The position numbers were made by a program, and so were the translations under genes. Shown one piece after another: positions 20,784-30,643 of a DNA stretch of 64,000 nucleotides. Under the pieces are notes generated by a model, which was not told where the DNA came from, did not search any database, and worked only from the letters and a program-made list of their open reading frames with translations. Source of the DNA: a virus; IMG/VR virus record IMGVR_UViG_3300033148_003376, positions 39,594 through 103,593 of that record, one strand, 5' to 3'. Positions within the stretch are counted from its first letter, which is position 1; each line of letters starts with the position of its first letter.

Positions 20784-21379
20784 TACGATACAGTTCCTTG
20801 GCCTTTGCCGGTAGCTGGTGCAGGTGGTTGAATCGGTGTTCCCGCGATGACAACATTTCCGGATGCTTTTCTGAATGCTTGACCTACTCCTTGTGCCATC
20901 GCGTTCGAAAGCTTCGGGAGGTTTTCACCGACAAGAGTCTTTGAAACACCTTGCGATGTGATGTTTCCCTCAATTTCTATCGGTGTGACTGGAATTGATC
21001 CCACGTCTATGACACCAGCTCCTACAGCTACCAGTGGATGTGATGATGTAAGAGTCACTTGTGCAAGTTCCAATTCAAGTGCATCGGCATATGCCGAGAT
21101 GATCTTTGGGGTATTTTCACCGACAAGTCCTTTGAGTACCGCATTGGCCAAGATGGTCGTTTTCAGCTCTGCTGCAGTGATGCCTATGATTCCAAGTCCA
21201 GTACCGACTCCAGGTCCACCACTACCACTATCTGTCGTCGTAAATGGTTTCCCCACGATGCTCATGATTGTTCCGGTAGAACATGCTCCGGTGAGCTTCG
21301 GCATATCGGGACCGACGATCGCCTTTGATGTAAGATTGGCGATCATGACCTGATTCATTCGGAAATCGAGGATCGGCAT
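20783..21379 (-). CDS. hypothetical baseplate-region protein with internal repeats
   Basis: 198 aa; three (I/L)VG(P/E)x.PK(L/I) repeats. Confidence 0.7.
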   Translation of the reverse strand: MPILDFRMNQVMIANLTSKAIVGPDMPKLTGACSTGTIMSIVGKPFTTTDSGSGGPGVGTGLGIIGITAAELKTTILANAVLKGLVGENTPKIISAYADALELELAQVTLTSSHPLVAVGAGVIDVGSIPVTPIEIEGNITSQGVSKTLVGENLPKLSNAMAQGVGQAFRKASGNVVIAGTPIQPPAPATGKGQGTVS

Positions 21380-21388
21380 GACTCGTCA

Positions 21389-21598
21389 TTACAGTGAGTT
21401 GTAAAATTTTGTCGCAGCATCATCCAATGTTTTGAACAAGGAATCTGCCTTTTTCTGTTTGTCTTTTGACGCTTTCTTGATCATGGCTTTTGCCAACTTG
21501 GTGAACTCGTCCCATGCGGCTGATAGTTCGTCAAACGAATTGTCTTCCGCCTCATTCAATTTCTTGACTCTTTCCAGAAAATCTTTTGCTTTACTCAT
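21389..21598 (-). CDS. leader-tagged small protein (putative capsid-internal)
   Basis: AGGAG RBS, ATGA coupling; leader MSKAKDFLERVKKLNE. Confidence 0.75.
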   Translation of the reverse strand: MSKAKDFLERVKKLNEAEDNSFDELSAAWDEFTKLAKAMIKKASKDKQKKADSLFKTLDDAATKFYNSL

Positions 21599-21981
21599 CG
21601 CTCTGACTCCTTGTTGAATGCTTCCATGACCGTGAAAAGATGTTCTGCAGGACCCTCGATATAATCTGTATAACACTTCGTACAGTATGCTCTTGTAATA
21701 GACTCGATTCCTATATCGAGGTTCACTATGATTGCAGGTTCTTCCGAATACTTCTTGAGATCCGTTGGAATGTGATTGATCTTGCCGTCAAACGGTGATT
21801 GCTGTCTCACCGTCATAATGTGAACGATCTCGTACGGCACATCGACGAACTCACGAGGATCAATATCAGGATCGAAATCCGGGTTCGGAACCCTCTTCAT
21901 CTTCGTCTCGGTGACAGGTTCACCGGGAGGATAGAGCTTCAGAATCTTCTTACATGCTGCACATTTTCGAGGTGTTGCCAC
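21595..21981 (-). CDS. putative zinc-binding protein
   Basis: CAAC ... CTKC pairs; GTG start with GAGGA. Confidence 0.65.
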   Translation of the reverse strand: MATPRKCAACKKILKLYPPGEPVTETKMKRVPNPDFDPDIDPREFVDVPYEIVHIMTVRQQSPFDGKINHIPTDLKKYSEEPAIIVNLDIGIESITRAYCTKCYTDYIEGPAEHLFTVMEAFNKESER

Positions 21982-21993
21982 GGGTCCTCACAC

Positions 21994-22722
21994 TCAGGTA
22001 CGTTTTCGTTTTTCCAGTTCGGATTTGATCCATTTTTTCGCAATCGGATTGGTGGTCGATTTCCTGGCAAACTTGGCGACTTCTTTCCAGACCATGGCAA
22101 GAACTTTGTCATCGCTCGTCTTTGGATCACTGTTATCCACGACGATGAAGTTCTTGCCAAAGAGATTCTGAAACTTACCAATGTTGTTTTGAACATCGTT
22201 CCATGCTTTGGTTATTGCTTCCACACGGACTGTTCTTCCACCTCTTTCACCTCTTTGTTTATTCCGTTCAATTGCAACATCCAGTGACGTATTTACGAAG
22301 ATCATGAACGCATCATAGCCAAGTTCCTCGAAGTTCAATTTCTGACCCTTGATCTTGTTGTAATCTTTGGCAGTTCCATCAATGAGTAGACCCAAGCGAC
22401 CGTTGAGATACTGTTTCAGTTTTGACCCAGTCAATGTCTTGGCTTTTTTTCTAATCTCTTGTGATTTTTCGAACTCCTCTTTAGAAAGCTTTGTGAAGTC
22501 GAGAGAAAGACCAGCCCGGGTCAAAAATAATTCAACCAAATCATCGGAATTCACCGCTCTAAAGCCGTGTCCACCTGTTGTATGTTTGCCGACGAAACCT
22601 TTACCGGATCCCCCGCCCCCAGCCATGAACACGGCTTTGAAGATAGAAGGATCATACACACCCTCATTGATAAGGACTGCCTGTCGCACTCGTTCTAAAA
22701 CCTGTGCCGCTCTTGATGTCAT
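21994..22722 (-). CDS. leader-tagged P-loop kinase (zeta-toxin/AAA_33-like)
   Basis: AVFMAGGGGSGKG Walker A, VNSDD, LLIDGT, AIERNKQR..RTV lid; leader MTSRAAQVLERV...LINE. Confidence 0.8.
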   Translation of the reverse strand: MTSRAAQVLERVRQAVLINEGVYDPSIFKAVFMAGGGGSGKGFVGKHTTGGHGFRAVNSDDLVELFLTRAGLSLDFTKLSKEEFEKSQEIRKKAKTLTGSKLKQYLNGRLGLLIDGTAKDYNKIKGQKLNFEELGYDAFMIFVNTSLDVAIERNKQRGERGGRTVRVEAITKAWNDVQNNIGKFQNLFGKNFIVVDNSDPKTSDDKVLAMVWKEVAKFARKSTTNPIAKKWIKSELEKRKRT

Positions 22723-22744
22723 GGAAATATCCTCGTGGTAAATT
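22716..22744 (+). promoter_or_regulatory. possible degenerate antisense sigma70-type promoter
   Basis: ATGTCA-17-TAAATT with TG extension; spacer tggaaatat..tcgtg resembles the 62103 copy; palindrome absent. Confidence 0.35.
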
Positions 22745-22769
22745 TTGTATTTGAACGTAATGAATTATC

Positions 22770-23042
22770 TCAGGTTTCTATGTGCTTCTTGCCATCGATT
22801 GTGACACGGACATCCCCTTCATCCGTAAGATCGTTGAAGGCGTCTACAACCTTCTTGATTATCTTGTCGTCGACTGGTTTTCCAACGTCGTACGTACTAT
22901 ACGAAATCCATTTATTATTCATAGCTATGAAGACTTCGATTTTACTTCCAGGCTTCACAGTCTTCTTGATGGATGTGGCCAGATCTTCTTTTGCTTCATT
23001 TGCCTTCTTGATCACGTCCAAAAATTCTTTTGCGATACCCAT
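22770..23042 (-). CDS. leader-tagged small protein
   Basis: AAGGAG RBS; MGIAKEFLDVIKKANEA. Confidence 0.8.
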   Translation of the reverse strand: MGIAKEFLDVIKKANEAKEDLATSIKKTVKPGSKIEVFIAMNNKWISYSTYDVGKPVDDKIIKKVVDAFNDLTDEGDVRVTIDGKKHIET

Positions 23043-23087
23043 GAGATTCTCTCCTTAAAATAAACATCTGTTTACATGTTATTCGTC

Positions 23088-24044
23088 TTATCCTATTTGT
23101 ACCGTTGGAACACCAATCTTAGGTTTTCCCGATGTCAAATCTTCGATCGGATCGCTAAACGTTGAGATACCAAATCCACCCAAAACCTTATTGAGACTCA
23201 CAATAAGACCCCTGATATCGTACGGTCCAACAAGAGCCGTTTTCTCTACCGGTCCAGTTATCACAGTCTGTGTGAGTCCAAGACCAATCGTTTCAGTTTT
23301 TTTCAACGCCACAAGACTGGTCTTCTGTCCACCTACTGACTCGCCCCGGTTTCCCGTCGTCGATTCTGATAGACTTCCACCCGTAGATCTTTGCACTCCA
23401 CCAAGAACCTCTTCCAAAAGACCACCTGATACCTCGGTCGTCTTGTTACCGACAGTCTCGATAAGCTCATCGACAGTCACTCGTTTGATATCTCCGGTGT
23501 CTTCCTGTTCTCCAGCTTGGTTGGTGGTTATTTTTCCCGTCTCGAAATCCAGGATGAGTGAAGTCTTTCCGTCCGCCGACTGGAAATTGAGTTTACGAGG
23601 TCCTTTAATGGTAACAGACCCATCAGACTCAACCTGAAAACCAAATCCACTTGGGTGAAGATACTCGCTGATCTTCTTGGCCTTGTTCGTAGTGAATTGT
23701 TGTCCTTGTTCGTCTCTTGATCCATACGTGTTCGGATAATCCTCGTTCACGGGACCTGTCTGAGTAAGAGTCGATTCCCACGAACCAATGTAGAACCCGC
23801 TGTAAATGTCTCCGTATGGAAAGATGATCTCAATTTCACTTCCGAGACTTGGGATCTTTACATCATTCGAAGTACGTCGAGGATAGATCCACGGGAGTTT
23901 GTCAATAGTACCTGCGAGTCTGCCAGCGATCACAGCTTTGACACGACGAAGTCTATCGGGATCGTCGTTGTTCATCACGACACCACGATGAGGTTTGGAC
24001 AGACCTTCGGAAGGTTTCAAAAAATCATTTGCTTTGATAAGCAT
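23088..24044 (-). CDS. baseplate central spike (T4 gp5 / VgrG OB-fold plus beta-helix; no lysozyme domain evident)
   Basis: GVVMNNDDPDRLRRVK...LPW...P.LGSEI OB-fold; VGxxxTxxV-type 8-residue repeats at the C-terminus. Confidence 0.85.
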   Translation of the reverse strand: MLIKANDFLKPSEGLSKPHRGVVMNNDDPDRLRRVKAVIAGRLAGTIDKLPWIYPRRTSNDVKIPSLGSEIEIIFPYGDIYSGFYIGSWESTLTQTGPVNEDYPNTYGSRDEQGQQFTTNKAKKISEYLHPSGFGFQVESDGSVTIKGPRKLNFQSADGKTSLILDFETGKITTNQAGEQEDTGDIKRVTVDELIETVGNKTTEVSGGLLEEVLGGVQRSTGGSLSESTTGNRGESVGGQKTSLVALKKTETIGLGLTQTVITGPVEKTALVGPYDIRGLIVSLNKVLGGFGISTFSDPIEDLTSGKPKIGVPTVQIG

Positions 24045-25207
24045 CAGATGTGTTGTCCCCTTACCTCGTTGAGTGATTCCCTACACATCTCAACAACCGT
24101 AGCAACCTGGTTCTTTTGGGTCGTCCGCGCTACTTTCGTTACATAGTAGAGACCCGTTGCAAACTCTGAAGAAGCTGTCGTATTTCCAAGTCCAGGATCC
24201 TTGAACATCACAAGATCGAGTATCTTTACCGGTTTGAATACACCTTGGAAACTCGTTGTTACCTTCAAAGCACCGAAACTTATGAGCCTCGTGAGATTAT
24301 TATAAAACGCGTTCCAGTAGTTCTCATGGAGATTCTCGTTCCTAGTATTGATACCAAGGAAATGGTTACCCATTTCACTTCGCTTGGCTATCTTCGACGC
24401 CAGTGCGAGAAGAGTCTTGTTCTCTCCCCTAATGATCTCCGTTAGTCCACTCTCTATGTCATATACTGCTCTTTCTTTCGTGTATCCGACGAGGTTGTTG
24501 ATGAACCCTGAGTTCGACTGGATGACTGGATCCGGATCAATCAGGATTTCTTTTTCATCGTCCTCTGGGTTGACCGTGAACTTCCAGGCATATGCCTTGT
24601 TTCTTACAGGATCCTTACCGGCGTCTTTGATGTCTTTCAGGATGTCCTTTAGAATAAATGTGCCGTCAGATGCAATTCCGACAGCCGGGAACGAATCAGG
24701 TAGATGAGAATGCATCCAAAGATCATTAACGAATTTTCTATCTGTGAAGTTGGGTTGTATCCAAATTTGCTTATCTTCTGATACATCTATATTCGATTCG
24801 AAGTGGGGGAAATGTTTCGCTGTAATCTCTTTGATGACTTCGACGCCAGATTTTTCGTCGCTCAAAAAGACGTTCGACGGTGTGATGTAATCGATCGCAG
24901 AATAGAATCCGTTAGCCGAAATAGATCGTTTCGCATGTCCCCCCGGTGTAGCTACAAACCTTGCCGTATACAATTTGGTATCGAGGAGATCCTTGTTTGA
25001 TCGTCCGAACGACAGTTCGATGTCATTTGTCTCGTTCAAAAGACCCATGATCTTGTCGTTTCTTGTCGTGAATCCTATCTCGAATGTAGGGAGAACATTT
25101 CCGACTTCCTCGACAAGAGTCAAAGTCTCGAAATCATCCCGATTAAGGAAGTCTTTCTCGTCCCCAACATCGAATTTGAGAAGGTATTCACCATCGACGC
25201 CTATCAC
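24044..25207 (-). CDS. baseplate hub protein (T4 gp27-like)
   Basis: 387 aa between the gp53-like and gp5-like genes; C-terminal TGLYYVTKV....V.EMCRES motif. Confidence 0.65.
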   Translation of the reverse strand: MIGVDGEYLLKFDVGDEKDFLNRDDFETLTLVEEVGNVLPTFEIGFTTRNDKIMGLLNETNDIELSFGRSNKDLLDTKLYTARFVATPGGHAKRSISANGFYSAIDYITPSNVFLSDEKSGVEVIKEITAKHFPHFESNIDVSEDKQIWIQPNFTDRKFVNDLWMHSHLPDSFPAVGIASDGTFILKDILKDIKDAGKDPVRNKAYAWKFTVNPEDDEKEILIDPDPVIQSNSGFINNLVGYTKERAVYDIESGLTEIIRGENKTLLALASKIAKRSEMGNHFLGINTRNENLHENYWNAFYNNLTRLISFGALKVTTSFQGVFKPVKILDLVMFKDPGLGNTTASSEFATGLYYVTKVARTTQKNQVATVVEMCRESLNEVRGQHI

Positions 25208-25560
25208 TATACCACCGCTGTTTGTCGTGATTTTAATGAAAAGAATAGATCTTCGACGTCTTCGAGACTCGGATACTTGATCTGGAGACCTGGGACGAGA
25301 CTTCGATAATCGAATATGTCATTGTAGATCAACAGGATCCACCAGTATTGCATGTCGGTGTAGATATTACTCGAAAGTAAATCCGGTCGACCTTCTTCGG
25401 CTTGTATTTCGTAGATTCCAAATACAGTCAGATCTCTCAAGTCTCCGAAGAACGCACTCGTCAAAGGATCGTAGCCACCATCTTCAATCAACTCCATGAA
25501 CTTCGCCATGTCGTAGCGTTCTTCAGAGATGATATCGAGATTGATGAAGTGTCTAGACAT
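25207..25560 (-). CDS. baseplate wedge LysM-like protein (T4 gp53-like)
   Basis: EGRPDLLSSNIY....WWILLIYNDI motif. Confidence 0.85.
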   Translation of the reverse strand: MSRHFINLDIISEERYDMAKFMELIEDGGYDPLTSAFFGDLRDLTVFGIYEIQAEEGRPDLLSSNIYTDMQYWWILLIYNDIFDYRSLVPGLQIKYPSLEDVEDLFFSLKSRQTAVV

Positions 25561-25563
25561 AGG

Positions 25564-26295
25564 TTACTGTTCACCTCCTGTAGGAGTAGCGCCACCAGCA
25601 ACCCCTACACTCGGAGCAGTGAATTGAAAAAAGTATCTTCTGAAATCCGAGAACGTAATATCCCGAAACGGAGTAAACGATATTATTCCACTTGCATACA
25701 ACGGTGAACCATTCGTTACGATTATCTTGGAGATATTGAAGTTCACATCTTTCATAAGTAGATTTCGTGCTCTGAACCATTGTCCCAATGACACTGCAAT
25801 CGTTGTGTCTATTTCCGGTGTGTCCTCTGTGGTCACGGATGGTTGATACCCAAGTGGAGCAGACATAATACCTGCTTTGAGACCAAGAATTTCTGTATCA
25901 AGTGCCATAATAGTTTCATATGCTTTTTCAACTTCTTCGAGCACGTTATCACTGTCTCGGATAACTGTGAAGATGAGTGGTAAACTAAAAATCGGTCTCG
26001 CTGTACCAGTCCAGACAGATGTCGTTTGAACCTTAGACTTCAATATCACCTGTGGTACCTGTATCTTGACCATACTCGCAAGCGCGGATACACCCGCCAT
26101 CATACTAGATAGACTCTCTTGTCTGGCAGATACAAACGGTTCGTTATATTGAGCTGTCATATTTATAGGAAAATCATCGGTCATAAACCCGACAATCTGC
26201 TTTTCCTTTTTGTCGATCTTCGACCGGTATGCAACGACGATACGTGCATCGAGATTCGAAGTAATTTTGTCGATATCCAGGTATGCATCAGCCAC
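25564..26295 (-). CDS. baseplate tail-tube cap/initiator (T4 gp48-like)
   Basis: Position after tape measure; WTGTARPIFSL..F and G.PLYA....SF motifs. Confidence 0.55.
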   Translation of the reverse strand: MADAYLDIDKITSNLDARIVVAYRSKIDKKEKQIVGFMTDDFPINMTAQYNEPFVSARQESLSSMMAGVSALASMVKIQVPQVILKSKVQTTSVWTGTARPIFSLPLIFTVIRDSDNVLEEVEKAYETIMALDTEILGLKAGIMSAPLGYQPSVTTEDTPEIDTTIAVSLGQWFRARNLLMKDVNFNISKIIVTNGSPLYASGIISFTPFRDITFSDFRRYFFQFTAPSVGVAGGATPTGGEQ

Positions 26296-28711
26296 CGGTT
26301 ACCCCTGTCAAACCCTGATTCATAATGGATAACTGAATATCGTCAATCTGCGTCTTCCTTGTAACGGTCTGCGGAGGTTGTTCCATATTGACATTGATAG
26401 ACTGTTTCCCCTGTCCCGCGACCAGCTTTTTCATCTCATTCAGAAGAGCTTGCATGATACCTGGGTCCTCAGACGCCGCCTTCGTAATCATATCGATGGC
26501 TTTTTCAGGACTCATCATCTCGGGTTTCGATTCCCGGGTTACTTCTTCAGGCTTGGTTGGAGTAATGAAGCTCTCGATGAACTCTTTGGCCCCTTCTGGT
26601 AAAAGCCAGCTAGGTATATTATCGAGAGCCTTTTTGAGAAATCCTTTGGCTTTTCCCATCACACCGGTATCGCCAAAAATTAGATCGACACCACCGCTTA
26701 TGTATTCGCCCACCTTGTCAATATCGACGACCGATGCTACGACGGTCTTGATCTTGTCGAACACTTTCCCGGCTTTGGCGAGGAGACCCTCTTTACCATC
26801 GAACAGCCATGTAATACCTTTTTCAATACTATCGAGGTTGTTAACCACGAATCCAATCGGAGTCATATCGAAGACGGTTTTGAAAAAGGCACCTACCTTT
26901 GGAAGCAATCCTTTACCCTTTTCAAATAGCCATGACATACCGTCTTCGATCCACTCGATACTCGTGTTGATTCCTTCTCCAATGGTACTCATGACACTCG
27001 ACAAGAATTCGCCCGTTTTAATGAGAAGACCTGTGGTCTTACCATACAGCCAACCCATACCTTCTTTGATCTCATCCCAATAATGAATGATCGCACCGAG
27101 TGGTGGAAAACTCCATGCCAAGAGTTTGAGGTAGTGAGCTGTCTTGGCCAAGATTCCTTCTTTTTCACCGAAGAGGAATTTCGTTCCCTTGTCGATCCAT
27201 TTGAACACGTCTTCGGATTCAGCTAAACCAAACGTCAATCCTGATATCGCACTTGCAAGACCGGCTTGAACTTTGGTTCCGAATTTTACCTTCTGACCCG
27301 GTTTGATTCCCGCGATCTCGGCTGCATTGGTGAATCCTTCGGAAAAATCCCAAAGAGCCATACCGACCGCGAGAGCTGTCCCGAGACCAGGAATAGCTTT
27401 CGCCGCACCTATGCCGATTCGACCAACTTTCCCAAGAACTTTGAGTCCTCCTTTGAGTCCGAACTTTCCAGCTTTACCAGCTTTGGCTAAAAGACCTGGT
27501 TTTCCAGGTACCGAAGGTTTAGGTGTTGGTACTCTACTCGGCGCAGCAGGAGCTTCTTCTCCACCACCAAAAAGACCGCCAAGACCAATCGCGCCCGCAG
27601 CTAATCCTCCGAGACCGGCTACCTTTCCAATAAGACCGCCACGTCGACCGAGGAATCTACCTGCTCGTCCTAAAACTCCTGGTCCACCTCTTCCACGACG
27701 AAACGCACCAGTCGCTCTACGACTTGTAAGGATCTCCGGTTCTCGTCTGAAAAACCCACGTGCTCGACCTACGGCACCCCTACCACCTCGACCGATTGCT
27801 CTTGCACCGCGAAGTCCACCACGACCCAATCCCATCGCTCCACGTCCAGCGAGCATCATTGGATCGATTCCAAGTTGATTCAGTATAGGGGAAAGTCCAC
27901 CAAGACCAGTCTGAGCTAAGAGTAGATCTGTGAGACCACCACCGATCGCTCTTCCACCTGATACAAGACCGGCATTCTTCTCGAAGAAATCTTTCAGACT
28001 GTCGCCACTCTTGGTCTGTTGTGTCATCGCGTCTTCGAGTTTCTCGTTAGTGAGAAGAAGTCCCTCGACACCGTCATCGATCTCGGTGAGTTTTCCTACA
28101 ATCTTGTCGTCGCTAATATCCTCTTTCATACGAGTGAGCATCTCGCGGGTCATCTTGGTATCGTCGAGATTCGTTCGTTTGAGTTCCTTGAGGTCTTTTG
28201 AGGATACGCCATTGCTTTGAAGAATCCCGGTAAGATTTTTCAGCATTCCCTTCCGGGTCTTCTGGTCGATATCCTGATTGGTGAGAAGTTCATCGAACCG
28301 ATCGATCATAGTCGAAAGATTCGTTTCGAACGTCAAACCAGCACTATCCATGGCCAGTGTGATTTCAGACATACCTTCGTTCAGTTTTTTTGCTTCCTCG
28401 TTAGAAACCTTCTCGCGTTTGAGAATTTTCTGTACGATATCTTCTAGTGCTCCACTCTCCACTTCCTGAACCACACTTGCAAGTCCAGGTTGTTCCACGA
28501 CCAGTGTTTTTATCTTCTCGATCTCTTTGACAAGGATGGTCTTCGTAAATAGAAAACTCTGACCGACGCTCGCGATCTCGTTATGTGTCTTCTCCTCTTC
28601 AGAGACAAAGACATTCTGTGCTTTGTTGATAAGACTGGTCATCGCCGCATAACCCTTCTTCACGGGTTCGAGCGTTTCCTTGACCAGTTTGAATCCCTTG
28701 TCTTCAGGCAT
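26288..28711 (-). CDS. tape measure protein
   Basis: 807 aa helical; Gly/Arg-rich and hydrophobic central part (KAIPGLGTALA); repeated WLF..KEG(I/L)L.K units; follows the chaperone genes. Confidence 0.75.
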   Translation of the reverse strand: MPEDKGFKLVKETLEPVKKGYAAMTSLINKAQNVFVSEEEKTHNEIASVGQSFLFTKTILVKEIEKIKTLVVEQPGLASVVQEVESGALEDIVQKILKREKVSNEEAKKLNEGMSEITLAMDSAGLTFETNLSTMIDRFDELLTNQDIDQKTRKGMLKNLTGILQSNGVSSKDLKELKRTNLDDTKMTREMLTRMKEDISDDKIVGKLTEIDDGVEGLLLTNEKLEDAMTQQTKSGDSLKDFFEKNAGLVSGGRAIGGGLTDLLLAQTGLGGLSPILNQLGIDPMMLAGRGAMGLGRGGLRGARAIGRGGRGAVGRARGFFRREPEILTSRRATGAFRRGRGGPGVLGRAGRFLGRRGGLIGKVAGLGGLAAGAIGLGGLFGGGEEAPAAPSRVPTPKPSVPGKPGLLAKAGKAGKFGLKGGLKVLGKVGRIGIGAAKAIPGLGTALAVGMALWDFSEGFTNAAEIAGIKPGQKVKFGTKVQAGLASAISGLTFGLAESEDVFKWIDKGTKFLFGEKEGILAKTAHYLKLLAWSFPPLGAIIHYWDEIKEGMGWLYGKTTGLLIKTGEFLSSVMSTIGEGINTSIEWIEDGMSWLFEKGKGLLPKVGAFFKTVFDMTPIGFVVNNLDSIEKGITWLFDGKEGLLAKAGKVFDKIKTVVASVVDIDKVGEYISGGVDLIFGDTGVMGKAKGFLKKALDNIPSWLLPEGAKEFIESFITPTKPEEVTRESKPEMMSPEKAIDMITKAASEDPGIMQALLNEMKKLVAGQGKQSINVNMEQPPQTVTRKTQIDDIQLSIMNQGLTGVTGG

Positions 28712-28879
28712 CTAAGTTCTGAGTCCTTTCAAAATCTTATCGTAGTGTCTTCGTACCGTAGCATAGTCCATGAACTTGATGTGATACGCGTTAACCACAT
28801 TTCTTGTTGCCAAAACGTATTCGATCGCGTTTAGGACTTTTGGACTCACGAAACGGTAATAGGAGAGCTTGACCTCCAT
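28712..28879 (-). CDS. tail assembly chaperone second ORF (possibly frameshift-expressed)
   Basis: Overlaps the 3' end of 28791..29789 in the +1 frame; stop directly abuts the tape-measure ATG. Confidence 0.5.
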   Translation of the reverse strand: MEVKLSYYRFVSPKVLNAIEYVLATRNVVNAYHIKFMDYATVRRHYDKILKGLRT

Positions 28880-29789
28880 CAAGCTCGACAGGATACCTAT
28901 AATCACAGAGTTTTTCCTTAGAACCCTCTTCAGAGTCTTCTTCAGAAATCTTGACGGTACATTTGATTTCAAATGGCTTCAAACCATGGTGTAAAAAGTC
29001 ATTCACCTTTTCAAGGTATTGTCCGTCCTCGATATTAGCACGATAAAATTTGTCATATACATCATCAAAATCTTCATAGATCTCATCCCGGTTCACACAT
29101 TGCATAACATGCATTGCAATTTCATCGTTTTCTTTGCCCATTTCGATGAGATCCAAGTAATCGCCGACTGTGACAGGCATGAAAACATGATCTATCCCAC
29201 CGAACAAATCAACTACAATAGGTAGCTCTGGTTTCTCGGACGGATCGATATCGTCGAACAAATCGTTATAATCGAAAGACTCCGTTTCTATGGGGTACTT
29301 GTCCCGTCCCTTGCATTTAGGACACGCACACACCGCAATGAATTTTTCACTTCCGAGTCCAGAAATCTGTCGTAACAATGCTATATAAAGGAAGTCCGAC
29401 AATGTGATATCACGTTTGTTGAAATTCGTCTCAATGCCTCTGAGAACAAATTTTATTTTTTGTTCCTCGGACATCTTGGAGTCAGAAGATTTCAACACCT
29501 CGCCATAACTGTACATCCTATATGTAATAGACGGCGAAGGCATTTTACTTCGGTAAGACAAACCCTTGGAAGGTAGCTGATCAAGATCGAGAGACACGGT
29601 TGAAAGATCAGTATTACCTTCCAGCTCTCCACCAGATCTGTCTTCGATAGGTTCGACGTTGCTCGCGTTGTCTGGAGCTGGAGATATTTGTTCTGGAGCT
29701 GGAGATGTTTGTTCTGGAGCTGGAGATGTTTGTTCTGGAATTCGATTGAACTGTCTTACCTGTCCCCGATTTTTTCTCTTTACTTTCAT
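28791..29789 (-). CDS. baseplate hub assembly / tail chaperone (T4 gp26-like)
   Basis: LPSKGL.Y, ITLSDFLYIALLRQIS, CPKC, F.P.TVGD, HGLKPFEIKC...C motifs. Confidence 0.7.
   Translation of the reverse strand: MKVKRKNRGQVRQFNRIPEQTSPAPEQTSPAPEQISPAPDNASNVEPIEDRSGGELEGNTDLSTVSLDLDQLPSKGLSYRSKMPSPSITYRMYSYGEVLKSSDSKMSEEQKIKFVLRGIETNFNKRDITLSDFLYIALLRQISGLGSEKFIAVCACPKCKGRDKYPIETESFDYNDLFDDIDPSEKPELPIVVDLFGGIDHVFMPVTVGDYLDLIEMGKENDEIAMHVMQCVNRDEIYEDFDDVYDKFYRANIEDGQYLEKVNDFLHHGLKPFEIKCTVKISEEDSEEGSKEKLCDYRYPVELDGGQALLLPFRESKSPKRDRIRFGNKKCG
29671..29739. repeat. 21-nt tandem repeat x3 (PEQ(T/I)SPA)
   Basis: tctggagctggagat(a/g)tttgt three times plus a partial copy. Confidence 0.9.
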
Positions 29790-30280
29790 GCGACCTTTCC
29801 AGCAACGACTAATGTCGCCGGTGTAACAATTATGTCACCCGAGCCAGTTCCCAACCTGGAAAATGATCCTTTCGGGAACACCCAGTATGACCTGTTGTCG
29901 ATATCGTTTTTCGCGCTGTCGAGGGTTTGAATCTGGATTTGTTTCACACATCTGGCCAACGGAGCAACACGACGAGTCGTATTGAGATTCAAAATCTCCT
30001 CGTTGATCCACGTTTCAAACCACTTCGCAAGAACCTTTTTCTCGTTATCCATGAATGTCATTGTAACTTCATGTAACGACGTGTGAGATGGGATCTCATA
30101 GGAGGTATTGTAGAGAGTGAACGCATACGTTTCGAGCTTGGCAATCTCTTCACCAATGTCAATCGCGGGAAACCACTTATCAAACGGGGAAGGAGCGTCA
30201 GGAAAGCGAACGTCCCACTGATACTCCTTACCCCATTGGATGGATCTGACCTGATCTTGATTCTCGAGAAAGGAAGCCAA
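29786..30280 (-). CDS. tail tube-like protein / tube initiator (gp19/gp54 fold)
   Basis: EVTMTFMDNE...WFETWI, resembling the tube gene's ITLTFLEDT...FLKAW. Confidence 0.65.
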   Translation of the reverse strand: MASFLENQDQVRSIQWGKEYQWDVRFPDAPSPFDKWFPAIDIGEEIAKLETYAFTLYNTSYEIPSHTSLHEVTMTFMDNEKKVLAKWFETWINEEILNLNTTRRVAPLARCVKQIQIQTLDSAKNDIDNRSYWVFPKGSFSRLGTGSGDIIVTPATLVVAGKVA

Positions 30281-30283
30281 AGG

Positions 30284-30565
30284 TTACTTCCCCTTTCGTA
30301 AGGCATATAGAGGATTAAACACATTTTTTATCATACTGTTTTGTAGGTCCGTTTCGACTTTCATCATGAGTCGATTCAAAGCATAGATGTCAGCACCACC
30401 TGGGGCACTATTGGTGAGCATCCCCATCGCATCTCTGACTTTCGACATACCTCTGCTAATTTCTTTACTGGTAGTTTCGGGATCTGGAAAATCTTTGATA
30501 TCCAGTTGTATTTTCTTCTCGTTGAGTCGAACCTTATCCAAAAAGTCCTTTGCTCTTGTGGTCAT
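30284..30565 (-). CDS. leader-tagged small protein
   Basis: AGGAGG RBS; MTTRAKDFLDKVRLNE. Confidence 0.8.
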   Translation of the reverse strand: MTTRAKDFLDKVRLNEKKIQLDIKDFPDPETTSKEISRGMSKVRDAMGMLTNSAPGGADIYALNRLMMKVETDLQNSMIKNVFNPLYALRKGK

Positions 30566-30643
30566 CGTGTCCTCCTAGACTACTTACCTCTAAAACGAGC
30601 GTGTATCACGACACATCAGACAAAGTACCATTCAGATACCTGT

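Noticed and set aside
29671-29739. CRISPR-like array
   Set aside because: Spacer-less 21-nt in-frame coding repeat; no cas genes and no repeat-spacer structure seen in the window
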